DNA of 64,000 nucleotides from Marsupella aquatica (taxonomy: Eukaryota; Plantae; Marchantiophyta): positions 26,836,240 to 26,900,239 of the forward strand of contig OZ316894.1 in the NCBI GenBank assembly GCA_973895155.1, read 5' to 3'. Shown piece after piece: positions 47,589-59,532 of the stretch; positions within the stretch are counted from its first letter, which is position 1, and each line of letters opens with the position of its first letter. A model generated the notes under the pieces. It had not been told where the DNA came from, did not search any database, and saw only the letters and a list, made by a program, of their open reading frames with translations. A program made the translations under genes and the position numbers.

Positions 47589-50150
47589 TCACCAGAAATC
47601 ACCACAAGAACACATTCCATCTTTAAAATGGTGGAACCGATTTGCATCCCTTGCAATAATCTCGCGTCCGGTCACCTTAGAGATATACTTGGTTGCTGAG
47701 TGGCAATCTGAACACACCCGAAGGTTCTTACTTACACGAATAGGTTCTCCCAAAGGTAGGTGCATAAGTCCGTAAGCAATAGCCAACTTCTCACTATGAG
47801 AGCAAAGGGCTAGCTCTTTATCCTCTTCATTGATATCATGCAATACAAGCTGGGTATCCGGAATGTAGCCTTCCGCCTTCAGTTTTTCACTCAATTTATT
47901 CAGCTCAGTATAGATCGCCTCCGCTTCTGGGTGAGATGTATCCCCCACCACAAATTCATGGATCTTGTTATGAACTTCGATCCAGCTACGTCCTGGCTCC
48001 TTCCGAACACCTCTCTCTCGCATCATAGTGCGCACAGATGACACCTTCTCCCACTTCCCAGCTGCAGCATAGATATTGGAGAGCAGCACATATGTAGAGG
48101 CCCTACCGGGTTCCAACTTGAAAAGCTCGTTAGCGGCCAGTTCACCCAGCTCCACGTTACCGTAAGTTCTACAAGCCCCAAGCAAGGCTGTCCAAGTTAC
48201 ATCATCTGGTTCGATCGGCATCTCACTGATCAACTGCTTTGCTTCTTCCACGTGTCCCGCCCGCCCAAGAATATCCACCATGAGGGTATAGTGAAAAACA
48301 GTACGCTCGATACCATAATCTTGCGTCATAGCAGAAAAGATTCTACGGCCATCATCAACAAGGCCTCCATGAGAACAGGCTGACAACACAGCTGTGAATG
48401 ACGTCTCGATGGGCTTCACATGGTCTGCATTCATTTGTCTGAAAAGTTCCAGGGCTTCCTGCCCATATCCGTGTTGTGCAAGTCCACCGATCATTATGTT
48501 CCAAGTGACTACATCGCGTTTCTCCATTCTGTTAAAAACAAGTCGGGCGTCAGCTATACTGCCAGTCTCTGCATACATGTGAACCAGTGCACTGCCCACA
48601 CGCAAATCCGACTCCAGTCCGGCTTTGCTAGCGTGGCCATGAACCTCCTTCACCCACTCCAAAGCCCCCGCACTTGCAGATGCATTCAGGATGGTCACAT
48701 AAGTGATTTCATTTGGTTCGAAGCCTTGCCGTCTCATTTCAAGAAACATTCGATATGCTTCATGCCCAGATCCATGTTGTGCAAGCCCTCCTATCATTAC
48801 AGTCCATGTGATTACATCGCGTTTCTCCATTCTGTCAAAGACCAGTCGGGCATCATCTATACTGCCAATCTTCGCATACATGTGAACGAGTGCATTGCCC
48901 ACACGCAAATCCGACTCCAGTCCGGCTTTGCTAGCGTGGCCATGAACCTCCTTCACCCACTCCGAAGCCCCCGCACTTGCAGATGCATTCAGGATGCTCG
49001 CATAAGTGATTTCATTTGGTTCGAAGCCTTCACGTCTCATTTCAAGAAACATTCGATATGCTTCATGCCCAGATCCATGTTGTGCAAGCCCTCCTATCAT
49101 TACAGTCCATGTGATTACATCGCGTTTCTCCATTCTGTCAAAGACCAGTCGGGCATCATCAATACTGCCAGTCTTCGCATACATGTGAACGAGTGCATTG
49201 CCCACACGCAAATCCGACTCCAGTCCGGCTTTGCTAGCGTGGCCATGAACCTCCTTCACCCACTCCAAAGCCCCCGCACTTGCAGATGCATTCAGGATGC
49301 TCAGATAAGTGATTGCATCTGGTTTGAAGCCTTCCCGTCTCATTTGGAGGAATAGTCGATATGCTTCCACACCATCACCACGTTCTGCACATGCTCCAAT
49401 CATAACATTCCATGTAATGACATTTCGATTAGTCAACTTTTCAAAAACTTTCCTTGCCTCGGTGATGCACCCACATTTAGCGTACATCAGTACGAGAGCA
49501 GACCCTACACGCACGTCCGATTCAAAGCCGGCATGTCGAATACCCTGATGAATTTCTTTTCCCCAATTGAGAGCTAATGGGCTTGAACATGCATTCAGGA
49601 TGCTCAGATACGTGATCTCATTCGGCTTCACGCCTTCTTGGCGCATTTGATTGAAAATTTCGAGTGCAGATTCAACATGATCACTCTTAGCGTATCCCGC
49701 AATCATGCTGGTCCAAGTAATAACACTCTTCTTCTGAATTTGATCAAAAACTCTACGTGCATCCGATAAACCTCCGCATTTGATATACACATTCAAAAGC
49801 GTGATTGCCACATATGGATTTTCGTGAATTCCACTCTCGATGATGCAATCATGAATTTGCTTGGCTCCTGAAAGGTCTTTCTGTTGCAAGCACATTTGCA
49901 GAACTTTAACATATGTGTACGAGTCTATAGCAATGCCTCGCTGTAGACGATCTTTCAACATAGCAATTGTTTGACCCGTGGTACCAGGATGCATATGCCT
50001 ACTGCCAATCCGTTTTGCAGTGACTTGAGACCGATCTCTCGTGCAATAACTAACATTAGATGGAAATCTGCAGTGAGTAGCCAAATTCGCCCTTGCCGTA
50101 ACCCACGCTGGGGTTGACCATCCATCCACCCAAAGTGCTAGTCTTGTCAA
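47589..50150 (-). CDS. PLS-class PPR-DYW protein, paralogue of 40760-43003 with one extra PLS triplet; ends in DFW
   Basis: Same architecture: KEPGRSWIEV, HSEKLA, KNLRVCSDCH, CSCGDFW. The first codon is TTG where the paralogue has ATG. Confidence 0.95.
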   Translation of the reverse strand: MTRLALWVDGWSTPAWVTARANLATHCRFPSNVSYCTRDRSQVTAKRIGSRHMHPGTTGQTIAMLKDRLQRGIAIDSYTYVKVLQMCLQQKDLSGAKQIHDCIIESGIHENPYVAITLLNVYIKCGGLSDARRVFDQIQKKSVITWTSMIAGYAKSDHVESALEIFNQMRQEGVKPNEITYLSILNACSSPLALNWGKEIHQGIRHAGFESDVRVGSALVLMYAKCGCITEARKVFEKLTNRNVITWNVMIGACAERGDGVEAYRLFLQMRREGFKPDAITYLSILNASASAGALEWVKEVHGHASKAGLESDLRVGNALVHMYAKTGSIDDARLVFDRMEKRDVITWTVMIGGLAQHGSGHEAYRMFLEMRREGFEPNEITYASILNASASAGASEWVKEVHGHASKAGLESDLRVGNALVHMYAKIGSIDDARLVFDRMEKRDVITWTVMIGGLAQHGSGHEAYRMFLEMRRQGFEPNEITYVTILNASASAGALEWVKEVHGHASKAGLESDLRVGSALVHMYAETGSIADARLVFNRMEKRDVVTWNIMIGGLAQHGYGQEALELFRQMNADHVKPIETSFTAVLSACSHGGLVDDGRRIFSAMTQDYGIERTVFHYTLMVDILGRAGHVEEAKQLISEMPIEPDDVTWTALLGACRTYGNVELGELAANELFKLEPGRASTYVLLSNIYAAAGKWEKVSSVRTMMRERGVRKEPGRSWIEVHNKIHEFVVGDTSHPEAEAIYTELNKLSEKLKAEGYIPDTQLVLHDINEEDKELALCSHSEKLAIAYGLMHLPLGEPIRVSKNLRVCSDCHSATKYISKVTGREIIARDANRFHHFKDGMCSCGDFW
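48550..49330. repeat. 303-bp tandem PLS-triplet repeats, near-identical
   Basis: cgcaaatccgactccagtccggc recurs at 48601, 48904 and 49207. Confidence 0.92.
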
Positions 50151-52431
50151 CTTCTGATTGAACTCAGGTGCTCTGGGCTTCCTCTGTCAGCACCACAACC
50201 CACGATCAGATGTGCTACCAGGATAAAATCCAGGAGATTCCACGAGGTGCAATGAATTTGTAGTTATTTCTTGACGACTATGTTTCCAGTGATCTTTCTA
50301 CAATGAGTGTTCAGACATGGTTAGCAGACCGGTAAGCCTCTCGAGTTCTAGGGTGCATTCCTACCTCCGTCCAAAGATGTATTTTCTTGTCTCCCTTGCT
50401 CTGCTGTGATCTTTGGTACAGATAACTTGCAAAAGTTAAATGACTCCTTTCCAACTGAGAGTAACGGCTATCTGTCAAGAATGCAATGATCTTAGAATAG
50501 AATATTGAAATAATTGTGAAAGGCATATCCAGGTATCAACAAGCTCGTTCCTTCTCCCGTATTTCACTGTACCCACAGAAAGGACAGAGTCAAGAGCCTA
50601 TCGAATTGGTACTAAAATACTTCAGCCAGAAGTCACATGTTATCCTTGGGTTGTGTACAGGACAGACTCTTAGGGCATCTTGACAGGCGTTCAATTGTAA
50701 GTTGCCTACACTGTCCTTTCTGCGCTAGACACAAACCAGAATCTCAGGTTTCTGAAAAGAGACTAGTTAGAAATAAAGCCTAGCCATCATCTGTAGAATC
50801 CATCGTGATTAGACACAGATGACATGAACGTGAAAGCGCTTCCCTCCCTCTCCTACAATTCAGAAAATAAAGGCTATCCATCATTCTTTAACTTGGCTCT
50901 TATACAATCCGTGAAGAGACATATACGACATGAATGTAACAGCCTCCCCTCCCCTCCCCTCCGCCCCCCCCTCCACCCCCCCCCACCCCCCCCACCCACC
51001 CTGTGCTTCTTAACACGAAAAAAGAATCAAACTTGAAGTTCAACTCAAGTCTTCATCACATAAGCCTCATAGCAGGAAATTCCCGCAACTACAAATGTCA
51101 CACCGTGGTGCTGGAACAAGAGTTTCTGTTTAAAAGTAGGTACGCATAACGTTGAAATCGCTCTTCAGTCTCATTACCTGAAGGCCGTGTACAAGAACAA
51201 TGGCGGATGCCAATACCAATCAAACCGGAAGACGAAGGATAAACTCTGCGAATCAAACGTCGTTGTTGAGAATGTATTCAAGGTCGTTTGGTCACATCAA
51301 ATCCAACAAAATGACATTCATACAAAATTAATCATACCTGGCTGAGGACTGTTGCCTAAAGCGGTCCATATCCAAAAGTTCCATCGAGTCAGCTCCGTTC
51401 CCGTGCCGGGAATACGGAGCTCAATGGTACAGTTTTGAGAAATACGATCTTACCTGTTTGACAAAGGTTCAAATCAGTCTAAGTAGTGCAATCTTGCAGA
51501 GCCCTCAAATTTCAAGTCTCATCTTTCCTTCCCATGGACTAAGGAAAGAATATTCATTACGCGAAGGCTCTGTTGGGGAAACCTTGCCCGGGCAGAGGAA
51601 TCTCAGCTCAGCGTAACAGTTGGAGGTAGCCCTAGACGCTTAGCAGTAGCGGTATCTTCTCCAGGATCAATTCCTCCTGCTGGACTCTTTTACGAATCAT
51701 CCCAGCTTTGCCATCAAAACTTGAGAATCAAAACTACAAGTTTTGAGAAGAAAAAGTGAGAGAAGATCTTCCATCCAAACCCCAAGCAACCCACCGTCAT
51801 ACCTGCATATTGCCCTCTGAAATACTATTGCGCGAGTGCTCTTGTTTATCGCCCTCCAAGAAAGCACCCTTTCCAACTGAAGTGTCCTGCATACCAAACG
51901 AAGAATTGACGACATTTCTTCAAAGAAGAACTTGTGAACAAGTGTTATGCAGACCGTGTAAGTAGCAAATTGGGCAGGCTCGACAATTCGTTCAGAACAA
52001 CAAGTTGAAGCAAGTGGCAACAAAATTGATCTAGATTGTGACGGGAAATCAGGAGACGGGCAGCAGGAGACGTCATGCAAGAAATGAGCAGGACTTGAAC
52101 CAGGATGGACAGTATCCCGGGCTGAAAAAGAGATTCTGTCCCGCTTCCTTGGGCGCTCAGAGGTGAGAAGTATAGTTGCCCAGCAATCTAAGGTCGAAAC
52201 GTAAAAGAACATCCAGTACAGCTAGGGCCTTACTAGGAATTCTCTGCCCAAAGGGACGAGAGGCCGTGTAAAAGTGGTAACGCGAACCTAACAGGGATCA
52301 CTGGATTCGTCAGCATGTATCTACGCACAGCTCGATACCAACTCCCCGAGAAGCAACTATAGCAATTCAGCAATCCGAAGCCACTACGACACGTAATTCT
52401 TAGCAGATTGTGAATTCTACAAGGATTGTTA

Positions 52432-53460
52432 GCTCATTAAATGAACTGCTGAACCACCATCCAATAATACATTCTTAATCTTGGTTCATTTTATATTTAA
52501 GTCTACCATTGCTCCCTTATCAGCTAATATTGTCTTCTCCAACTTAGAAGTCGGTGTTGCTGGTAATTCCTGCTGCTTACCTTCTTCATTTCTTGTTGTA
52601 GTTGTCCTTTCCCTTACCTCACTGGTATTTGGTACTGCTGTCCCTTGTGCTCCCTCACTCATTTTCTTGAACACTGCTTCGAGCTGCATTGTGGAGTTAT
52701 ACATAACAATTCTTCAACAGTTAATGTCACTTTAGCCTTTGAAATAACCTCTCCCAATTTCTTTATTATCTCTTGCTCACTTTTTGCTCTGATTTGTTCC
52801 GTTCTCAATGGTTTTTCCCTTAACGATTCATCACTTATTGGGTCTTCCTCATGTGTAAAGGACTCTCTGATTTCTTCTTTAAAACTCTCATCAGACTCTA
52901 AAATTTCAGCTCCATCTTCTATTCTATCATCCAAACCCATTAATCTTTCTGGTCTTGGCAACAATTCACTTTGTTGATGTTGTAAGATTTGTTCTGTTGT
53001 GTCTCGTGTTGTAGCGTCCAATTGTTCCCAACTGGTACTCGGTACTCCACTCGTGGACGGTAGAGTTAACACGATTGGTGGCTCTACCTGTTGTGACCTA
53101 GTCACTATATTCACATCCATTGTCTGAATTCTTACATGATTAACTGGTGCTTTAGTTTGTGCTTCGGTTCTTTCTTTATTATGTTGCACCCATAATTCAC
53201 ACTTAGCCCCTCTTATATGTCCGGGCTTCCCACAATAATAGCAAGAAAGGGGAGGTCTTTCTACCTCTTCCCTGAAGTTCCTCTTATTTAAATATTGTCT
53301 TGCAGGATTATAATAACTTTGATTTTTTTCTATTCTTTCAATCTCTCGTGACCCTTGTTCAACTGCATTTACTGTCATATTACCCCCTTTCTTATATGGA
53401 TTCTGAAAACATTCTTGGGTAATATGTCCTGCTCTCATGTGAATCTCACAGAATTTCCTT
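52432..53460 (-). pseudogene. Ty3/gypsy gag (zinc knuckles) to protease N-half fragment
   Basis: CEIHMRAGHITQEC and CYYCGKPGHIRGAKC. IKNVLLDGGSAVHLMS is encoded at about 52432-52479. Confidence 0.8.
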
Positions 53461-53494
53461 CCTTTATACTCCTTTCACCAGTAAAACCCTCTCC

Positions 53495-53850
53495 TCTCCT
53501 AAACCTCCACTACACCACTCCCCAACCCAAACTCCCTAAACCCTAAACCTTAAACTTCCTCAACCCCCAACCAAACCCCCTAAACTTAAACTCCCTCAAC
53601 TCCTCCCCAACCAAACTACCAAACTCCCTCCACCCCCAACACACAACTCCCCAACTCCCTCAACCCAACCCAACCCACAACCAAACCCGCCAAACCCAAA
53701 ATCCTTAAACCCCCACTACACCACTCCCCAACCCTCTCAACCCAAACTCCCTAAACCCTAAACCCTAAACTCCATAAACTCCCTAAACTCCCTAAACTCC
53801 AACTCCCTCAACCCCCAACCAAACCCCCTAAACTCAAACTCACTCAACTT
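53495..53850. repeat. Degenerate telomere-like C/A-rich tract (CCCTAAA variants)
   Basis: ccctaaaccctaaacc and ccctaaaccctaaaccctaaac mixed with ctccc/caacc variants; almost no G on the + strand. Confidence 0.8.
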
Positions 53851-54199
53851 GAACCATTTTGCCATCAAGCTTTCCAACTTGCTGGAAAAATTTAGGGGGG
53901 GTGGTGGTGTTCCCCATTGTCTTTTCATACACTACTCTTATTATTGTATTGAGTCTTTTTTGTCTTCGGCACTTTTTTGTCCTCACCTCTATAAATGTTC
54001 AAAGAACGGGTAATTCTTATTATTTCATCAAATATATTGTGTCTCAAGTACGTTCAAAGTATGGGTAGTCGGAGCTAGTTACAATATAAGAGACGCACTG
54101 CTCACATCAGAGTGACCCAAACCTCGACCCTTGGTTACCTCAATCCAAATTGTCCACTCACAACCCTCCTCCACCTTGAACCCTGGATTAGGCGACCAA

Positions 54200-54600
54200 A
54201 AATACTAAAATCTCCACCCTCAACCTTCACCCTTCGTCACCTGAACCCGAACTGTCCACGCACAACCCTCACAACCCAAATCATCATGGCATTCCATGTG
54301 GAGTGACTCCCGAATAATTCAGACTTTCCTCATAAAACATTTTGAATGGGTTGTCATGGCAATCGGGTCTTGAGACAATTGAAGAGTCGTGAAGTGTGGA
54401 TGTATTCTCTGAGTGATGCAGATAGTTGTGGCTTTTGAGAATCCTCAGGTTATCATAGTGCAGTCAGATCTCTTCGTTTACCTCAACTCTATTGGAGTAG
54501 CCGCACTACTGCTTTGAGGAAACTGTTTGGCATTCAATCCCCAGTCAAATTGCAGTTTGAATTTGCAATAGCGCAGTCCGGCTCAGTTAGCTGGGCTCAG
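54200..54600 (+). repeat. Direct-orientation copy of ~37110-37300 plus ~37960-38245 (PPR upstream region)
   Basis: Shared ctgaaccc.aactgtccacgcacaaccctc, gacaattgaagagtcgtgaag, catagtgcagtcagatctcttc and ggctcagttagctgggctca. Confidence 0.85.
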
Positions 54601-57263
54601 TTTAGGGTTTAGGGTTGAGGAAACATCTGTAAAATTGGGGCATCTCACATATCAACCTACAGCCCGAGCTATTCGATTAGCAAATGGTGCAAGAGTACTT
54701 CCCCTGGGCACGCTCACCAAAGTTCTCACCCACGTAGACGGTGTAGAGTTTTATCTAAACTTTTTGGTCATGAGGCCGGTCCGACCATCTTCTTACCCAG
54801 TCCTCTTGGGATGGCCGTGGCTGTATGGTGGCCGTGTAGTCACGGACTGGGGCAAGAAGGAGCTACGATTCGGGACACCCACGGTCCAAGTATCATGGGC
54901 GGTGGACGATTATCAGGGCGAGACTCCACAGGGACCCGAGGAGTATGATTTGGAAACCTCAGAGGAAGAAGAGCTCAACATGATTGAGCTCATTTCGTCC
55001 CTGTCCGAGGAGGATGTCTTTGGGATAGAGGCAACCCGGGAGTCGCATCTCCTGAATTACCCGAAGGTTGCTATAGATGAAGCCCCCCGGAGCCTCTCTA
55101 GCACCCTGGCAGATGAACAGCAGGAACGGGCCATCAATACGGAGGATACGGCTCCAGGTAAGCAGGGAGCCGCGCGCTGCTGCCTCCACCAATGCGGAAT
55201 CTATTGACCAGGAGTCGGCCAAACAACTGCCCAAAGCCAAAATCCCAAGGCCAAAGCATAAAAAATGAGTCTCCTGGGATCCGTCCATCCCGCAATTAGA
55301 GGAAGCAACTCCAAATCCGAAACCGATTCTGGTTCCACCCATGTACGGAGGAGTTTGGTTAGCCGAGCTGGATGCGAGCCTGGACCCGAGCTTGCGGAAC
55401 CAGGTGGAGGTCATAAGGAAGGAACACTACCGGAAGTACACCATTGGGATGGATAAGTCTTTCAATTTAGGCCATGCGCTGAAGGGGGAGGCGGAAAAAT
55501 CTATCCAAGCACTGCTCAAGGAGTATGAAGATGTGTTCACATGGAGCCATCACGATTTGACAGGAGTCTCCCCCGAGTTGGGAGAACACACGATCGATTT
55601 AAACTTGGGAGCTCACACCGTATGACAGCGCCAACGTTGTATGAACCCAAGGTACTCCATCTTGGTGAAGGAGGAGATTGATCGTCTCCTGGCCGCGGAT
55701 ATCATCTACCCAATAATGGCCAGTGATTGGGTTTCTCCCATCGTCATCATTCCAACTTAGAAGGGAGGTACGGACGGAAAGCCCAAAATCCGCATCTGCC
55801 AGGACTACCATAAACTAAATGACGCCACCCGGAAGGATCACTACCCGTTACCATTCACGGATATGGTCCTGGATATGGTAGCCCGCAATGAAATATATAC
55901 ATTCCTTGACGGATATTCGGGCTACAATCAAATCTGGATCTGACTCGCGGATCATCTTAAAACAACCTTCACCACGGAGTGGGGGACGTTTGCATTTTAC
56001 AGGATGCCATTTGTGCTGTGTAACGCCCCGACCATGTTCCAGAGACTCATGATGAATATCTTCCATGACTTTCTACGAGAATTCCTGGAAATATTTATAG
56101 ACGACTTTGCCATCTTTGGAACCATCGCCATGCACCCCGAACATTTACGCCGTACGCTCCAACGATGCAGAGAAGTAAATTTAAAGTTGCATCCGGCGAA
56201 ATGTTTTTTTGGAGTAAAGGAAGGAGTGTTATTCGGGCATCGTGTGTCTAAACGGGGTATCGAGGTAGACCAAGAGAAGGTTGCAGCGTGGATGGCTGTA
56301 GTGTTCCCCGTGGACCAAAAAGCCGTACGGTCATTCCTGGGCTGCGTAAGGTACTATCGCCAATTCATCAAAGATTTTGCTAAAATTGCGTTACCCCTAA
56401 CGGAGATGATGAAGAAGGATGCAGTGATAGAAGAGACACCCCGGAGACGTCTGGCCTTTGAAGAACTCCGGCATCGACTCATCACGGCACCCATCATGGT
56501 AACCCCGGATTGGAATAAGGAGTTCCATGTGTACGTCGACGTTTCGGGGTTTTGCATTGGGTCCGTACTAAGCCAGCTGGACGAGGACGGTCGTGACCAC
56601 CCCATCTATTTTGCTAGTTGTTAGCTATTTACGGCCGAGAGAAATTATTCCCCCACCGATCGAGAAGCTCTAGGCATTATCTACTCGTGTAAGAAGTTCT
56701 GGCACTACCTGCTTGGATATAAAGTCATCTTTCATATGGATCATGATAGTTTAAAGTACATGGTGAACAAAGCAAATGTCACGGGGCGGATAGCCAGGTG
56801 GGTATTGCTCTTACAGGAGTTTAATTACGAGGTGCAGGTTCGGCCGGGTAAGGCACACCTCAATGCTGATTTATTTTCAAGACTAGACGGAGTACCCATA
56901 GATCAGCCTATTAGCAATACTTTTCCAGATGAGGAATTATTCCACGTGGGGGCAGGAACGCCCACATGGTACGGACCGCTTATTACCTTCCTCCTTACAG
57001 GCCGCATCCCCGATGACATCAATCAGGAGGCCGCCGCCATATTCTTACGTAAGGCCGGCCCGTATGTGATGATAAAAGGCCACTTACACAAAGAGGGGGT
57101 TAATGGGAAGCTAAGGCGCTGCCTTGAATACAAGGAAACGCTCATCGTTATGAGGGCCCTACACAAAGAGGAAGCTGGAGGCCATTTTGCGGCCATCACT
57201 ACTGCGCGTAAGATCTTGGATTTGGGGTATTGGTGGCCTATGTTACATCGGGATGTGCAACGC

Positions 57264-59532
57264 AGTCGCGAATACAACTTTCACCTACTTGTAATTGCTT
57301 CGGCGTTGCCTAACTCCAGCGTTGAGCCCCTCTTAGATTTTCTACCATCATGGCCATTAGGGATGCGACTAACAAAGAGGACGCTAGTAAGAGCAAGGAC
57401 AAGACTTGAGAAAAGCGCGCTCCAATTTAACTCTATTGGGCCCATTGCCGATCACGGAAAAATGAACTATTTTTCTGATCGATCACCATAGCGGCCCGAG
57501 AAGCCCCACATGAGCCCAATCATGGGGTCGCATATTTCTTGGCCAACGGACCTAGGGGCCAAAAGTTATGGCCGATTCAAGTTGCATGCTTGTAGTTTGG
57601 GCCCATTGCCGATCACGGAAAAATGAACTATTTTTCCGACGGATCACCATAGGGGCACGAGAAGCCCCACATGAGCCCAATCATGGGGCCGCATATTTCT
57701 TGGCCAACGGACCCAGGGGCCAAAAGTTATGGCCGACTCAAGCCACATACTTGTAGTTTGGGCTCGTTGCCGATCACGGAAAAATGAACTATTTTTCCGA
57801 CAGATCACCATAGGGGCCCAAGAAGCCCCACATGATTCCAATCATGGGGCCGCATATTTCTTGGCCAACGGACCCAGGGGCCAAAAGTTATGGCCGACTC
57901 AAGCCGCATACTTGTAGTTTGGGCCCGTTGTCGATCATGGAAAAATGAACTATTTTTCCGACAGATCACCATAGGGGCCCAAGAAGCCCCACATGAGCCC
58001 AATCATGGGACCGCGTATTTCTTGGCCAACAGACCCAGGGGCCAAAAGTTGTGGCCAACTCAAGCCACATACTTGTAGCTTGGGCCCGTTGCCGATCACG
58101 GAAAAATGAACTATTTTTCCGATGGATCACCATAGGGGCCCAAGAAGCCCCACATGAGCCCAATCATGAGGCCGCATATTCTTGGCCAACGGACCCAGGG
58201 GCCAAGAGTTATGGCTGACTCAAGCCGCATACTTGTAGTTTGGGCCCGTTGCCGATCACGGAAAATGAACTATTTTTCCGACTGATCACCATAGGGGCCC
58301 AAGAATCCCCACATGAGCCCGATCATGGGGCCGCATATTTTTTGGCCAACAGACCCAGGGGCCAAAAGTTATGGCCGATTTAGACTCGATTAGAGTCGCC
58401 GCGCATCGATGGACCAAGAGGGGGTTGCCTGGACCAGGGGGTTGCCTGGACCAGAGCGGGGTTAGGGCCGTAACTTTTAGCCCCCTATGCCACAATTTGT
58501 GCTCGAGGCCAAGTTACGGAAGGTTTTCAATTATCTTCGTTTTGAGCTAAGTGGCGGGACCCACGGACCCTCGGGTAGGCGGCCAAAGATAGGGGACCAA
58601 AGCTGGTCCGGGGGTGGCAGGTCCCCAGAAGCATATATGAGGGGAGTGGTCCTCTCAAGTTTGAGCTCGAGCTGATCGCGATCGACGAAGATACGTTGTT
58701 TCGAGTTTTGAAGCGAAAACAAACATAACTCGATGACCGGATCTCCGTTGGGGGAGTTCTTGGGCTCGTTGGAAATCTAATGAGTAAAGCTACCTCATGG
58801 TGCTCTCTGATTGTGCATTGGATGGTTTTGGTTTTGAGACTTGCAATGGGGGGAGTCCCTCTTGCCGATCCAAAGTCGAACAATGACCAAACCGCATTTG
58901 GTTCCTACGAGGACCTGATGTTGGAGAGGTAGAACCAAGTAGACTCTGGGGGCTGCCGTTGAGATCTGGTCCCGATGCATGGTGAGAGGATGAGCGAAAC
59001 CCGGTTTCGCCGAGAGGTGGCTAAGATCTAGAAACTGAATGGTCCCGCGCGTGTTACTACTAGTTTGTGACAAATTGAGATTGCGCCATGGGCATGTCCT
59101 GGAGGTAGGGCGGTCAGCCATTGACCGGTAGAAAGTGGGGAAGCTTGGGCAACATCCGATAAATAGACTGTTCTGGACGAACAGTGATGCCGACCTTAGT
59201 TTCAGCTTATGGCAAGGCCATGTGGGCCTGGGAGGCTCTATCCGCTGACCTACTTACTAACGACTATTGAGCTTGATGCAAGACAATGGTCTTGGGAGTT
59301 CCAAGATCAAGACGGGTTCTTACCGGTTGGTTGGTTGCTTGTGCAGATATTAAAAACCGTTGAGTGACGGTTGTGCTGACGAGGGCAAGTGCGGCTTTGT
59401 ATGGGAGGGTCGCTAACGACAAGGAGTATAGTCGGAGAGAACTTGCCCCAACATTTTGTGTTGGTGCAAGGTTCGACTTGTTTCAAGGCTGAGAGATGAG
59501 TTTGGACGGGCACGGGTGGGAGGGCCACCACT
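57264..59532. mobile_element. 2269-bp insertion with AGT...ACT ends and 5-bp TSD (solo-LTR-like)
   Basis: TSD AACGC at 57259-57263 and 59533-59537. Removing it restores integrase LHRDVQR|FIKGCNLCQR. Confidence 0.85.
57435..58380. repeat. Tandem repeat of about 6 x 161 bp
   Basis: ttgggccc.ttgccgatcacggaaaaatgaactattttt recurs about every 161 bp; the ORF track repeats at 57568, 57729 and 57890. Confidence 0.95.

Larger units (their letters stand above)
38417..52431. repeat. Inverted segmental duplication: arms ~38417-44095 and ~46290-52431, spacer ~2.2 kb
   Basis: Reverse-complement similarity at the outer ends (taacaat.cttgtagaattcacaatct), the inner ends (aacaggaaat.ttgctagcgag) and throughout both PPR genes and their flanks. 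Confidence 0.92.

Noticed and set aside
47589-47600. DFW ending as a sign of U-to-C (KP-type) activity or inactivity
   Set aside because: HSEKLA and CxxC are canonical, and DFW is a known variant ending of C-to-U DYW domains.
48420-49355. 311-aa plus-strand ORF
   Set aside because: Antisense shadow of the repeated PPR triplets.
57435-58380. Regular repeats as a CRISPR-like array
   Set aside because: Whole 161-bp units repeat with no unique spacers, the context is eukaryotic, and there are no cas genes.
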